A stretch of 60,000 nucleotides of DNA from Lytechinus pictus (taxonomy: Eukaryota). Below the pieces are notes generated by a model. It was not told the DNA's origin. It did not search any database and saw nothing but the letters and a program-made list of their open reading frames with translations. Shown in pieces: positions 11,097-22,527 of this stretch. Position numbers and translations under genes: made by a program. Each line of letters opens with the position of its first letter. The stretch's first letter is position 1. The stretch is from positions 21,950,001 to 22,010,000 of the forward strand of contig NC_087245.1 of NCBI RefSeq assembly GCF_037042905.1, in the 5' to 3' direction.

Positions 11097-14000
11097 TGTT
11101 GCACCCACAAATGTAATAACGCCCACAAATGTAATAACGCCCACAAATGTAATAACACTTTACCCACAAATGTAATAATTTTTGATCGCCCACAAATGTA
11201 ATAATGACTTTACCCACAAATGTAATAAATTTGAAGGGATTTTTGGCGAATCCGTTCTAAACTAAAATCCTATAGTAATGCGTTCATATAGCACAAAAGT
11301 GCAAAGTCTTTTTTTCCAGACCCGATTAATTCAAAAATTATAATTTAATTTAAAGTCTTTTTTCCAGACCCGGTTATTTCAAAAATTATAATATAAGTCC
11401 AAAGTCTTTTTTTCCAGACACGGTTATTGAAAAAATTATAATATAAGTCCAAAGTCTTTTTTTCCAGACACGGTTATTGAAAAAAATATAAAATAAATCC
11501 AAACTAGGATACGATAATGATATTCCAATGGAATGAAAATGAGAATCGAGCTTAGTCTTTTCTCCAGACCCAGTTAATTAAAACTCATGGAATTAATGTC
11601 TTTGTTGTTGTTTGAACTTACACGGTGCGTATTGTGAATATATGCGCTAAGAGTAAATTGAGAATCAAGCGTAGTCTTTCTCCACACCCGGTTACTTAAA
11701 ACTAAAAACTAAATCCTTATAGTAATGCGTTCATATAGCACAAAAGTGCAAAGTCTTTTTTCCAGACCTGGTTAATTAAATATTTATGACATAAGTCTAA
11801 ATTAAGTCTTTTTTTCAAGACCCGGTTGTTTCAAACATTATAATATAAGTCCAGTCTTTTTCCAGACCGGTTGTTTCAAACATTACAACATAAGTCCAAG
11901 GTCTTTTTTCCAGACCCAGTTATTTAAAAAATTATAATATAAGTCCAAACTAAGAAACCATAATGATATTCCAGTGGAATAAAAATAAAAATCGAGCTGT
12001 CTTTTCTCCAAACCCTGTTATTCGAAAATTATAAATAACAATACAACAAAAACAAAAACACTATAAAGACCCCATAATCTTATTAATGCTGGATAACATG
12101 GACATATAGCATAGTCTTTCAGCCAGACCCAGTTATTTTTTTTCTTCAAAATAACGCTAACAGTAATAATAAGAAAATTCCAAATCTAAGACCAAACAAT
12201 CCTTCAACCTAAGAACCTGTTTTAAAAAGAGGTTTAGAGCATTGTCTTTATTCCAGACCTAATCATTAAAAAAAATTACAAAAAAAAAATCTTCTAACGT
12301 AAGACTATATAATATTTTTATTCTTCTGGAATAACATGAGTTTTAAAACGTACTCTTTTCTCCAGACCCGGTTATTTCGAAAAAAAAATGAATTAAAAAA
12401 ACTTCAACAGTTCAAATCTAAGACCAATCTTCAAAAGTTACACCCTTACTGGGTGTAAAAATATGTATTTACCCCGCACCCAGTTTTTTTTTTAATAATA
12501 CTAAGACCCCTACAAAACATTGTAATAATGCATGGGTAAAGCAAACATCCTTTCTCCAGACTTGGTTATTATTTGAAAAAAAAGATAGTTTTTACAAATA
12601 TTCTAAAACGAATACCCAATAATCTAATTACTGTGGAATAACATGAAGATCGATTGTAGACTTTCCTCCAGACACAGTTATTTTAAGAATAAAAAAGCAA
12701 TAAAACCCAACCCCAACAACGAATCTAAGAACCAACAATCCTCCAAATTAAGACCATGTAGAAAAGCACATGTTTAGAGCGTTGTCTGTATTCCAGACCC
12801 ATTTAAAAAATAATTCAAACAGTCTTAAAAACACAAGACTTTGTCATATTCTTATTCCTGTGGAATAACACGAGTATTATGCTTAGTCTTTCGTCTAGAC
12901 CAGGTTATTTAAAAAAAAAAGAAATATTGAAAAAAAAAAAACTAAGACCAAATTTCAAAATTAAGCCCAGTTAAAATGCTTGGGTTTAGAGTGTTGTCTG
13001 TACCCCAAGTTCTCTGAAAATACAAATTAAGCGAAACTTTAATCTTAAAACTTAACCCCAGCATCTTCTAAACTATTAAAACCCTGTGATAACGCATACC
13101 ACGAAAACGACAAATTAATCATAGGAATAAATGTTCATATCTGAATGATACGCACCTAAAAACTCAAGATAACAATAACAACGTTATTCTACATCAATGA
13201 TATTGTGGGGTCTTTGTTGATATAGTTTGTTTGTTTTTATTGTTTCTTATAATTTCCTATTTTGAAATAACTGAGTCTGGAGCAAAGACTACACCATAGG
13301 TCTTTGTTTTGTTGTTTTAGTTTGGACTTATATTATAATTTTTGAAGCAACCGGATCTGGAAAAAAGACTTTGAAATTATATTATAATTTTTGAAACAAC
13401 CGGGTCTGGAAAAAAGACTTTGAACTTGCAGTATAATTTTTGAAACAACCGGGTCTGGAAAAAGATATTGGACTTATAATAATTTTTGAATTAACCGGGT
13501 CTGGAAAAAAGACTTTACACATTTGTGCTATACGAACACATTACTATAGGGTTTTTTTTTTAGTTACCGGGTCTGGAGAAAAGACTATGCTTGATTCTCA
13601 ATTTACTCTTAGCGCATATATATTCACAATATGCGCCGTATAAGTGAAAACAACAACAAAGACGCTAATTCCACCAGTTTTAATTAACTGGGTCTGGAAA
13701 AAGACTAAGCTCAATTCTCATTTTTATTCCACTGGAATATCATTATCATATCTTAGTTTGGACTTATATTATAATTTTTGAAATAACCGGGTCTGGAAAA
13801 AAGACTTTGGACTTATATTATAATTCTTTTTTAACAACCGGGTCTGGAAAAAAGACTTTGAACTTATATTATAATTTTTTAAACAACCGGGTCTGGAAAA
13901 AGACTTTGGACTTATATTTTAATTTTTGAAACAACCGGGTCTGGAAAAAAAGACTTTGGACTTATATTATAGTTTTTTTTTAACAACTTGGTCTGGAAAA

Positions 14001-14334
14001 AAGACTTTGAACTTATATTATAATTATTGAAACAACCGGGTCTGGAAGAAAAGACTTTGGATTATATTATACTTTCTTTATTTTTGTGCACTTTTGTGCT
14101 ATATGAACGTATTACTATAGGATTTCAGTTTAGAACGGATTCGCCAAAAATCCCTTCAAATTTATTACATTTGTGGGTAAAGTCATTATTACATTTGTGG
14201 GCGATCAAAATTATTACATTTGTGGGTAAAGTGTTATTACATTTGTGGGCGTTATTACATTTGTGGGTAAAGTGTTATTACATTTGTGGGCGTTCTTACA
14301 TTTGTGGGCGATTATTACATTTGTGGGTGTAACA
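11097..14334. mobile_element. 3.2-kb foldback element, TGT...ACA ends, very long modular TIRs (Ginger-like, non-coding)
   Basis: cccacaaatgtaataa repeats mirrored by ttattacatttgtggg; ~55-60-bp ttccagacccggtt units mirrored by aaccgggtctggaa; CCCCC on both flanks. Confidence 0.85.
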
Positions 14335-14345
14335 CCCCCCCCCCC

Positions 14346-14378
<33 letters not shown>

Positions 14379-15583
14379 GGATTTTACATCAGCTTTTAAT
14401 TTTTGTTTCCAAACAGCTCGCTCGTTACACACTCTCGCGAAAAATAAAGCCGAAATATATATCTTACCGATGATCAGAGATCACTTCAAAAAGGCTTTGC
14501 TCTACTTTGCTCCTCCGCCTTTCTTTTTGCGTGATACAACACATAAATCATCTAGCCAGATCAAATTTGTTGCCCCATTATGCCACTGTAGATTGTTTTA
14601 AGGTAGTGCCCTTTTCAAAAGAAAAGGTGCCCTTTTTCCCTATGCCCCCCTCACTTTCAATTTCACTCCGCCGCCCCTGTATACATCACACCTACATTCA
14701 CATGCGCGTACACATCCTCATCCTCACATACACACACGTACACACATTATGTATCTGTATAAATACGAAATAAGTACATGTATATTATATTCACTGTAGT
14801 TTCTGTTCATTGGCAATTTCTTCTTCCTTCTTCGATACAGAAACAATCTCACAATACTATATATCAATGAAACGTTGAATCCTTTCCCTTTTTTATTTTC
14901 TACCAATGAATTTACAATTTGTCTTTCTTAATTATTTTATTATTATGGCATGGGGTTTACCATTGCCCTTCGTCTATATACATGCGTACAATTAACTCTC
15001 GTATGATTACTGAAGTCCTAAAGTATATACAACGGCTGGAACTAAATTCCACATGAGCAGGAAAAAGATATCACCAATCCTAACAATATATCCCTGTTTT
15101 CATAGTTACCCGAATTCAGATTTTAAAAACTCCATGGAAATACATACACAGTGGCTTAGAAAGTACGCCTTAATAAAAAAAACATAAATTTAATTTTGGA
15201 GTGGGGTAGAATTGTTCAGTGAGGATAAAGTCGATTGAAAAATATTTTGAAGGTTATATAGGCACTTCCATTGACGGGTGGATACCATGCGTGACCATGG
15301 GGTTTAGCAAAGCACCCTAAACAAGTATTTTCCATGTTCTAAAAATGCCCCCCTTAACAAGTATTGGCGTGTGAAACCCTACCCTTAACAAATATTGGAA
15401 ACAAAACGGTACCCTTCACATGCTTGACAAGTATGGTGTGGGACAGCTGAGTCCCCTAAACCAACTGAAAAAGAGGCTACGAATTGCCGCATGATTGTGA
15501 TGTGTATGACATGTCATAGATCCACAATGTTTTATTCATTTTTCCCCCAGACTGCAACGATTTCAAACCTTTTCTTTTCAGTC

Positions 15584-15994
15584 ATGGATGATGACTTAAA
15601 TACATCTTCATCCCCAGTCAGTGATGAACTGGAGGGTGGCTACGTTAATATTGGAGCTCGAAGATGGCTTGCAGCATGGCTCGGGACCATTGCCGTCGTC
15701 GGCTTCTTCGGTAATGTCCTCGTGGTTACCTGCGTCATCCTATATCCGAAGCTGCGTACGATCACCAACGTGTACCTCACTAGCCTGGCTGTCAGTGATA
15801 TTCTGGTATGTTTGACCATTCCATGGATCATAGTCGGGCTGGTATCTACCAGGGGTTGGCCGTTTCCAGATGAAACCTGTATCATTGTGGCTATACTTCG
15901 GTTCACCTGCAGTGGCAGTAGTGTGTGGCACTTGGTTGCTATCGGTTTCAACCGCATGTTTCTCATCACCACTTCGACGGCAACGTATAAAAAG
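15584..15994 (+). CDS. Rhodopsin-class (class A) GPCR, coding exon 1 (TM1-TM3)
   Basis: GN in TM1, SLAVSD in TM2, WPF..C, AIGFNRM; donor AAG|GTAGAC; 411 nt, phase 0. Confidence 0.92.
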
Positions 15995-16529
15995 GTAGAC
16001 CCCTTTATCAAAATGCTATCATGTCTTTGAAATAAAAGAGCTTTACTGTCCAATTTGCATTCCTATGTTATAGTTACTTAAAGTTACGATAATAATTTGT
16101 TAATGAAATAGTGAAGATAAAAGAATGATGTAGGCCTACATCAAATTGGACAAAAATCCAACTAAATCGATGATGATTTTTATCTAATAACCCCATACCA
16201 TGTTCATCCATATGTCCCTTTCTGTTCTTTAAAACGACAGAATACTTATGTACATAATTTCTGGAACCAATTACTAAAATACATGCAGTGTATGAACGCA
16301 AACGATTATTGTGTTTCTTATCAAGGATGAAGATGAGTTGTGTAACTTTCTTCGAAACATGTTCTTTCAATAAAACATTCCATTCTTCAGATCATGTTAT
16401 AGTGTTACTAAGAGGACCATACATAATGCAAATTAAGTCGCCTAGCAATCTTCTGGAATCAGCTTTTTGGATAACCCCGGGATAACCTTGATATTATTTT
16501 CACTAATGGTTAGGAAGTAACCGAAACGG

Positions 16530-16785
16530 TATCAGAACAACTACCCCCTGGACAATCACCCCCCGGACAACTACCCCCCGGACAATTACCCCCCGAGGAC
16601 AATTACCCCCCGGACAATTAACCCCTGAGGACAACTACCCCCCGAGGACAATTACCCCCGGACAATTACCCCCCGGACAACTACCCCCGGACAATTACCC
16701 CCCGGACAACTATCCCCCGGACAATTACCCCCCGGACAATTACCCCCCGGACAACAACCCCCGGACAATTACCCCCTAGACAAAG
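16530..16785. repeat. Minisatellite (ccccggacaatta)n, ~16-19-bp unit
   Basis: Direct reading. Confidence 0.92.
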
Positions 16786-16900
16786 GGAGTGCACAGAGTC
16801 ATACGTCGGCCGTACGTTTGACGTAAGAAGTACTCAAGGCATTCTCGAGTATCTTGGAATCAAACGTACGCCGTAAGAAAGCTGTAAAATTGAGCTCCAT

Positions 16901-17418
16901 CCCGGGGGGGGGGCACTCGAACAAAAAAGTGGTAGGGGTGTGCCGCGGGCGAGATAAAAAAAAACGGGGGCCTTGGAGCGGGCTTATTGTAAAAAGGAGG
17001 GTCCTCGGAACGGGCTTTGGAACTATAAATGTTTGTGAAAACGGGGGTCCTTGGAACGGATCGCCAGCGTGTGCCTATTATGCATATGGAACGGGCATGC
17101 GTGCATGATGCAGCTAGCCCCCCGGCAGCCCGGCCGCCGGGTGCGATCGCGATGGTCGGACAGCGCTCTGCGGCCGCTTTTAACCAATGCGACCGGAACG
17201 GCGTAACGAAAAATATGCGAAGCGTTGGAGCGGATTTCTTTCTTCTTTTTTCTCGATAAGAAGAAAATGCTATGCTTTGGAGCGGCTTTCTTTGTTCTTT
17301 TTCTCAATAAGACAAAAATGCTATATGCCTTGAAACGGAAATTTGAGTGTAAAAATGGGGGTCCCCTCCGCGGCACATACCCACTATGCATTATATACTG
17401 AGTGCCCCCCCCCCCGGG
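16901..17418. mobile_element. MITE with cccgggG(n)cactc TIRs, copy 1 (GPCR intron)
   Basis: TIRs cccggggggggggcactc / gagtgcccccccccccggg; flanking duplication ctccat; homologous to 41925-42466. Confidence 0.88.
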
Positions 17419-17598
17419 CTCCATCCATAGGCGGATCCAGGGGGGCCGAGGGGCCCGGCCCCCCCCCCCCCCCCTGCAAATGAAACTGCAAGAAAACGTT
17501 TCTTCCAATCAAAAAAGACCAGTCGAAAAATAACTAACGATGATGAAGTTTTATTTCAAATCCCAGTTTAGCAGTTTGTATCTGTTTCCATTTTGCAG

Positions 17599-18141
17599 AT
17601 ATACAGCCGTGTTAACGCTGCCATCATTCTTTTTGTCACGTGGCTAATTCCTTTCTCCGTCATTATTGTGCCTTATGCCATCGGTGCCACGCAACTCGGC
17701 TATGATGACGGTCCCAAGCTTTGCAGTGATCTTGAAGATCGGCCGGACGGAACTGAAAACCTTACCCATACCTACCTTGCCGGGACTTTTCTGACTTGTA
17801 TACCACTGTCCATTGTAATATGCGTGTATCTGCGAATTTTCGTACACGTCAAACAGCATGTGAGGAAGCAGAAAGCATGGTCCTCTGGTGAACAACAGAA
17901 GAACACTAGAACTACTGGAACGACCGCAACCGCACAAGACACAGTATCACCCGAGCAGCAATCAAAGCAGAATACCGCGGGAAATGGCACAAGTACGACC
18001 GTGCAAGACCCGGAATCGAGCGGTAAGCAGCAGAACATCGCGGTGGCGTCTGTTAGCGCGACCGTAGCGAGCGCCGTGACAGAATCGACCGGCACTGGGG
18101 CCCAAGTCCAGTACAACAATCCGACGGAGCGCACTGTTCAG
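17599..18141 (+). CDS. Class A GPCR, coding exon 2 (TM4-TM5, long Thr/Gln-rich ICL3)
   Basis: Acceptor TTTTGCAG, donor CAG|GTACTG; W in TM4, ECL2 Cys, P..I...Y.RIF; 543 nt, phase 0. Confidence 0.9.
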
Positions 18142-18387
18142 GTACTGTTTTACTTGTATGTTCAAGAATTGATAAACAAAGCTGCAAAGTGTTGTGTTTC
18201 CGGGTGTGTTTCTCCTTATTGATACGAGTATCAACCATCTTTTTTTTTCTAACGAACAGACTTCATGAGATTGCAAAATAAAGGCTTTCATCAATTGAAC
18301 ATGCATATCTTGTTACTGATAAATAACTTTATTTTGCTTCTATATTTGTATTTTTAACTTTCAAACTTGATATTTCTTCTTCGGCAG

Positions 18388-18723
18388 AATCCCACCGCTG
18401 CCAACCGCAGAGTCCCAGTCAAGAAAGGCCAGGATCTTGAGACCCGCATCACGAAGAACACTTTCTATGTGACTCTAGGGTTCTTTCTATGTATCTTTCC
18501 ATACGGTTTTTATATTCTCGGCGGAGAATGGTTCAGAGTCAAGGGTACGCCTTTGGCACAGGCTTTCCTCCTGTTCAACATCTGCATGAACCCAGTGATT
18601 TACGGTACCAAGCATCCACACTTCAGGGTTGCCATAAGGAACATCTTCTCGAGACGATTGTCAGGTGCACTTGTCACGAGTAACACCGTCGATCCTGCTA
18701 CTGATAACCATGGGAGTACTTGA
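18388..18723 (+). CDS. Class A GPCR, coding exon 3 (TM6-TM7, C-tail); protein 429 aa, melatonin-receptor/moody/GPR84-like orphan
   Basis: Acceptor TTCTTCGGCAG; FFLCIFPY, NPVIY, HPHFR helix 8; TGA at 18721-18723. Confidence 0.9.
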   Translation, partial: NPTAANRRVPVKKGQDLETRITKNTFYVTLGFFLCIFPYGFYILGGEWFRVKGTPLAQAFLLFNICMNPVIYGTKHPHFRVAIRNIFSRRLSGALVTSNTVDPATDNHGST

Positions 18724-19277
18724 TCAATTATTAACTATTTGATTTGCACTTGTCATAAACCACAAATTTCTCCTTTTTTGTCATTTTGCACTTTCAATGG
18801 GAACTCATTTGAGATACACTATAGCTTGATCGGAAACTGGGTCCCGTGCATCATCTGAGAACATATGACCAACAACCGAAAGGATTGGGGTACCTTTGAC
18901 AGACTCCCTTTAGGGTAGATTTTGATGTGACAGATCGTCATCACATATAACATGCAGAGCGATGTCCCCTCCAAATGTTTCCCCTAAAAATCAAAGTTGC
19001 TTTATAATCTACCAGATACATTAGAGGCTCCAAAGCACGATATCTTTCAAATGAGTCATAATATGGATAGAGGTGGGGGTAAATTCGATAGACTCCCTTC
19101 AGTGTAGGCTTTGATGTGCCAGGACGGTTCCTCGGTGCGATATAGCAGACTGCCATTATTTTGGTCAACTTTGTTGCCCCCAAAGCACGATATCTCCATA
19201 AAGTCAAAATACAGATATGGGTAACTTTCGGCAGGCTACTGCGAGGTTAAGCTTTGAGGTGGCGAAATTTAATCTTA

Positions 19278-19445
19278 CACTCTAAAAAACGAAGTGCTAA
19301 TTCAGCTCTTAAAGAGCGTGTATAGTGACTGCACTTCGGAGTGCTGATTTTTTAGTTCAAATTTGAACGAGAAAATCAGCACTCCGAAGTGCAGTCACTA
19401 TACACGCTCATTAAGAGCTAAATTAGCACTCCAGTTTTTAGAGTG
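19278..19445. mobile_element. 168-bp near-perfect palindromic MITE (CACTCT...AGAGTG, TA flanks)
   Basis: Arms pair across the centre ttcaaatttgaa; TA on both sides. Confidence 0.9.
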
Positions 19446-22400
19446 TATGTAGACATGCAGAGCAATGTATTTTATAACTTCTCCAAGTGGTATCATAAAA
19501 ATGTAGAAAGAACACCTTGCGCTCCTACACCAATCTCAATAATGTACCTTTCTATTGCTATACGCACGTATTTAAAAGATGCATTGCGGTATAGTCACCA
19601 ACAACAACAAAGAGGTTGCTTCGGGGCTCATTTTAGTGCAATATCGAGTAATAGATTCTGACGTATATGCCCTATATATTAGCAAGTTTATACATCAATA
19701 CTGCCATGAAGCGTATTAATTTATTCTAATTCGGGTCGAACGCTTACATTATGCATTAGCTCATAATAATAACAAATAGATGTATATCCAAAGTTTTGAT
19801 CAAAGTATGGACATTTTTGCACAAATTCTCTTTTTTTCTCCCCTCCACATTTTGATGCACGGGAACCCCCGTTTCCGACTAGATTATGTATTGTGAACGC
19901 AAATGAATTTGTATACATAAAATGCACCACCAATTTTACAATATAAAAGCATCCATTTTCCTAGAGGTAATATTCAGATGTTATTGAATATTACATTAAA
20001 AATTTACTAGAATATGACAGGGAACCCCTCGGCTTTTTAATGATTCAGTACTTGTACCTTTTACAACACTCGTTACTCTGCCCTGAAAACATGAGGTGCG
20101 AATTCCATTTTCTATATTGACTTATTTACTTCCTTATGCATAACAATAATGGTAACTCGGTATAGCAAAGGCCTTTTGGACAATAAATCAGAAATATACA
20201 TTCTTGAACACAAAGTCAATTGCGGAAGATGAATGATTATTGTAAGCAAATATAATTTTTGTTACTGATGCCTTAATTGAGTGATCCTAATGCAGTGGAC
20301 ATGATTAGATTGAAGTCTTTTGTAGGCTATATGCTTGTGAATGCTCAGGGGTAAGAGCTGAATTCCTCATTGATAGATCAGTTTGTATCAGGTATCATTG
20401 GTATAAGTAAATCTTTGCATGGTTTTGTTAAAGCTCGAAATCGATGTCAAACACCAACCAGGTTTATGATTCATTGTTCTTATTATCTCCTTGATATCAT
20501 CACTGGCGTATAGGTGGGGGAGGCTTGGGGGCTCTTGCCCCCCCCCCCCCCAAAAAAAAAGAGAGAGAGAGAGAGAGAGAAAAGGAAAGGAACGAAATAT
20601 ATTATATGTCAAAATCTATCACAAACTTAGATTTTTGTCTCTTAAGGCGCCGCTTTTCCGAAGGCGACGTCGTCAACGTTGAAACGTTTTGAAATGTCAT
20701 CAGAACTTAAAAAGTATTTAAACCTAGTTCATGAAACTAAAGCATAAGGGTAATCAAGTATTACTAAACATCCTGCCTGAGTGTCAGCTCACATGATCAA
20801 GGTCAAATGTCATTTAGGTTCAATGAACTTAGACCAAGTTGGGGGAATCAATATCGAAATCTTAACCAAGGTTAAGGTTTTTGAAAAGGAACGAAATACA
20901 TTATCTACTGAATATTATGTCAAAATCTATCACAAACTTAGATTTTTGTCTCTAAAGGCACTGCTTTTGCAATGGCTGCGTTGTCAACGTTGAAATCTTA
21001 ACAGTTTAAGTTTTTGAAATGTCATCAGAACTTAAAAAGTATATAAACCTAGTTCATGAAACTGGAACATAAGGGTAATCAAGTATTACTAAACATTCTG
21101 CCTGAGTTTCAGCTCACATGATCACAGTCAAAGGTCATTTAGGGTCAATGAACTTAGACCATGTTGGGGAATCAATATCGAAATCTTAACCAAGGTTAAG
21201 TTTTTGAAATGTCGTCATAACTTTGACAGTTTACGGATCTAGTTCATGAAACTTAGACATAGGAGTAATAGTCTAGATGATCGGTGCAAAAAATAGCAAG
21301 AATTGTTCAGATTATGGTAAAAGTATGAAATTTGGCTGACAGATAGAGAAAATAGTGCTGAACATTTTTAGCAGGGGGTGCCAACCGGACCTCTTCTCGT
21401 ATAGCAACAGTTGCTAGGTTACATATTTACCTTGGCAACCACCATTTTTGGGGTGTTATCTACATTTCAAAAACTATATTTGACTTCGAAGCACCCATTT
21501 TACAATCACATATCAAGAAACATTCCAACCATGTATAGCAACAGTTGCTAAGCAACACATTTTCCATAGCAACTATAGATAATATTACTTAGTACAACAT
21601 ATGGACATAGTGTTTGAATGAAAGTGGTTAGAAAATTGGTCAAGGTATGACTCTGGAATGAAAAAATATACCAGATCCCTAAAAAGTTCAGAGACAGTCC
21701 AAATAATTATAATGCCTGCATAGTAGGCCTAATCTTATCTAGGTAACAAACCTAATTTCGATATACATAATTTTCTATTTTTGCATACTTTTTACTCACA
21801 CATGACAAAGCTAACACACAGACAAAAATCATAATTGAGTCATTGAATGTGCATTTAGGATCTCTCTTGTTATGAAACTGAAACAGGGTATTGTAGTGGA
21901 TGTAGCATGGAACACTTAGAAAAACACCGAACCTTGAGGGAAAAGGGAAGCTGAAATTTTATTGACATTAACTAATCGCTCCCAATTAAATGACAAACCT
22001 TCTTGGGAAGTAATGGCGATTAATGCATATGCACTTGTCAGTAAAATTTTGATAGCATATTGACTGACTTGAACATATATGTACAGTAGACCTGAAACAG
22101 CCTCAAGAATCATTTCCTGTATATGCACTGTAGAGCATGTGCAGTAGACCTGAAACAGCTCAAGCATCATTGTCTGTATGTATGTTGCGCCTTTTTCATT
22201 TGATTATAATGCTGGACAGTTGAGTCATTTATTTTGCAATAGTTTCTATCTAGATAATGAAGAAAAAAATATTTATATAATGTACAACTGTGCAGTTTCC
22301 AGTAGTTTGGGACTTTGTGCACCAATCTAGTAAATGAATAGAACGTACATTTTATGTGTCGCACATGCCTTCACAGAGTTGGGCATATATCTAGTCCAAA

Positions 22401-22527
22401 ATTTAGGGAAAAGCAAAACCACTGTAAAGCATGCATTATGCTCGACAAAGAATATTAGAGGCAACAGAGGAATACATCAAGAAAGTTACAGCCATCATCG
22501 TCTTCGGTGTAACAATGAATCAATCAG

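Larger units (their letters stand above)
9113..14679. mobile_element. hAT-like non-autonomous element with gtgcccctt subterminal repeats and nested insertions
   Basis: Ends cagggtggcg / cgccgcccctg; 8-bp flanks tgtacatc / tatacatc; gtgccc repeats at 9200-9770 and 14605-14650. Confidence 0.65.

Noticed and set aside
11300..14060. CRISPR-like regularly spaced ccagacccgg repeats
   Set aside because: Intervening sequences are homologous to each other and mirrored as TIRs
15640..18306. Minus-strand ORFs overlapping GPCR exons
   Set aside because: Antisense shadows of the real exons
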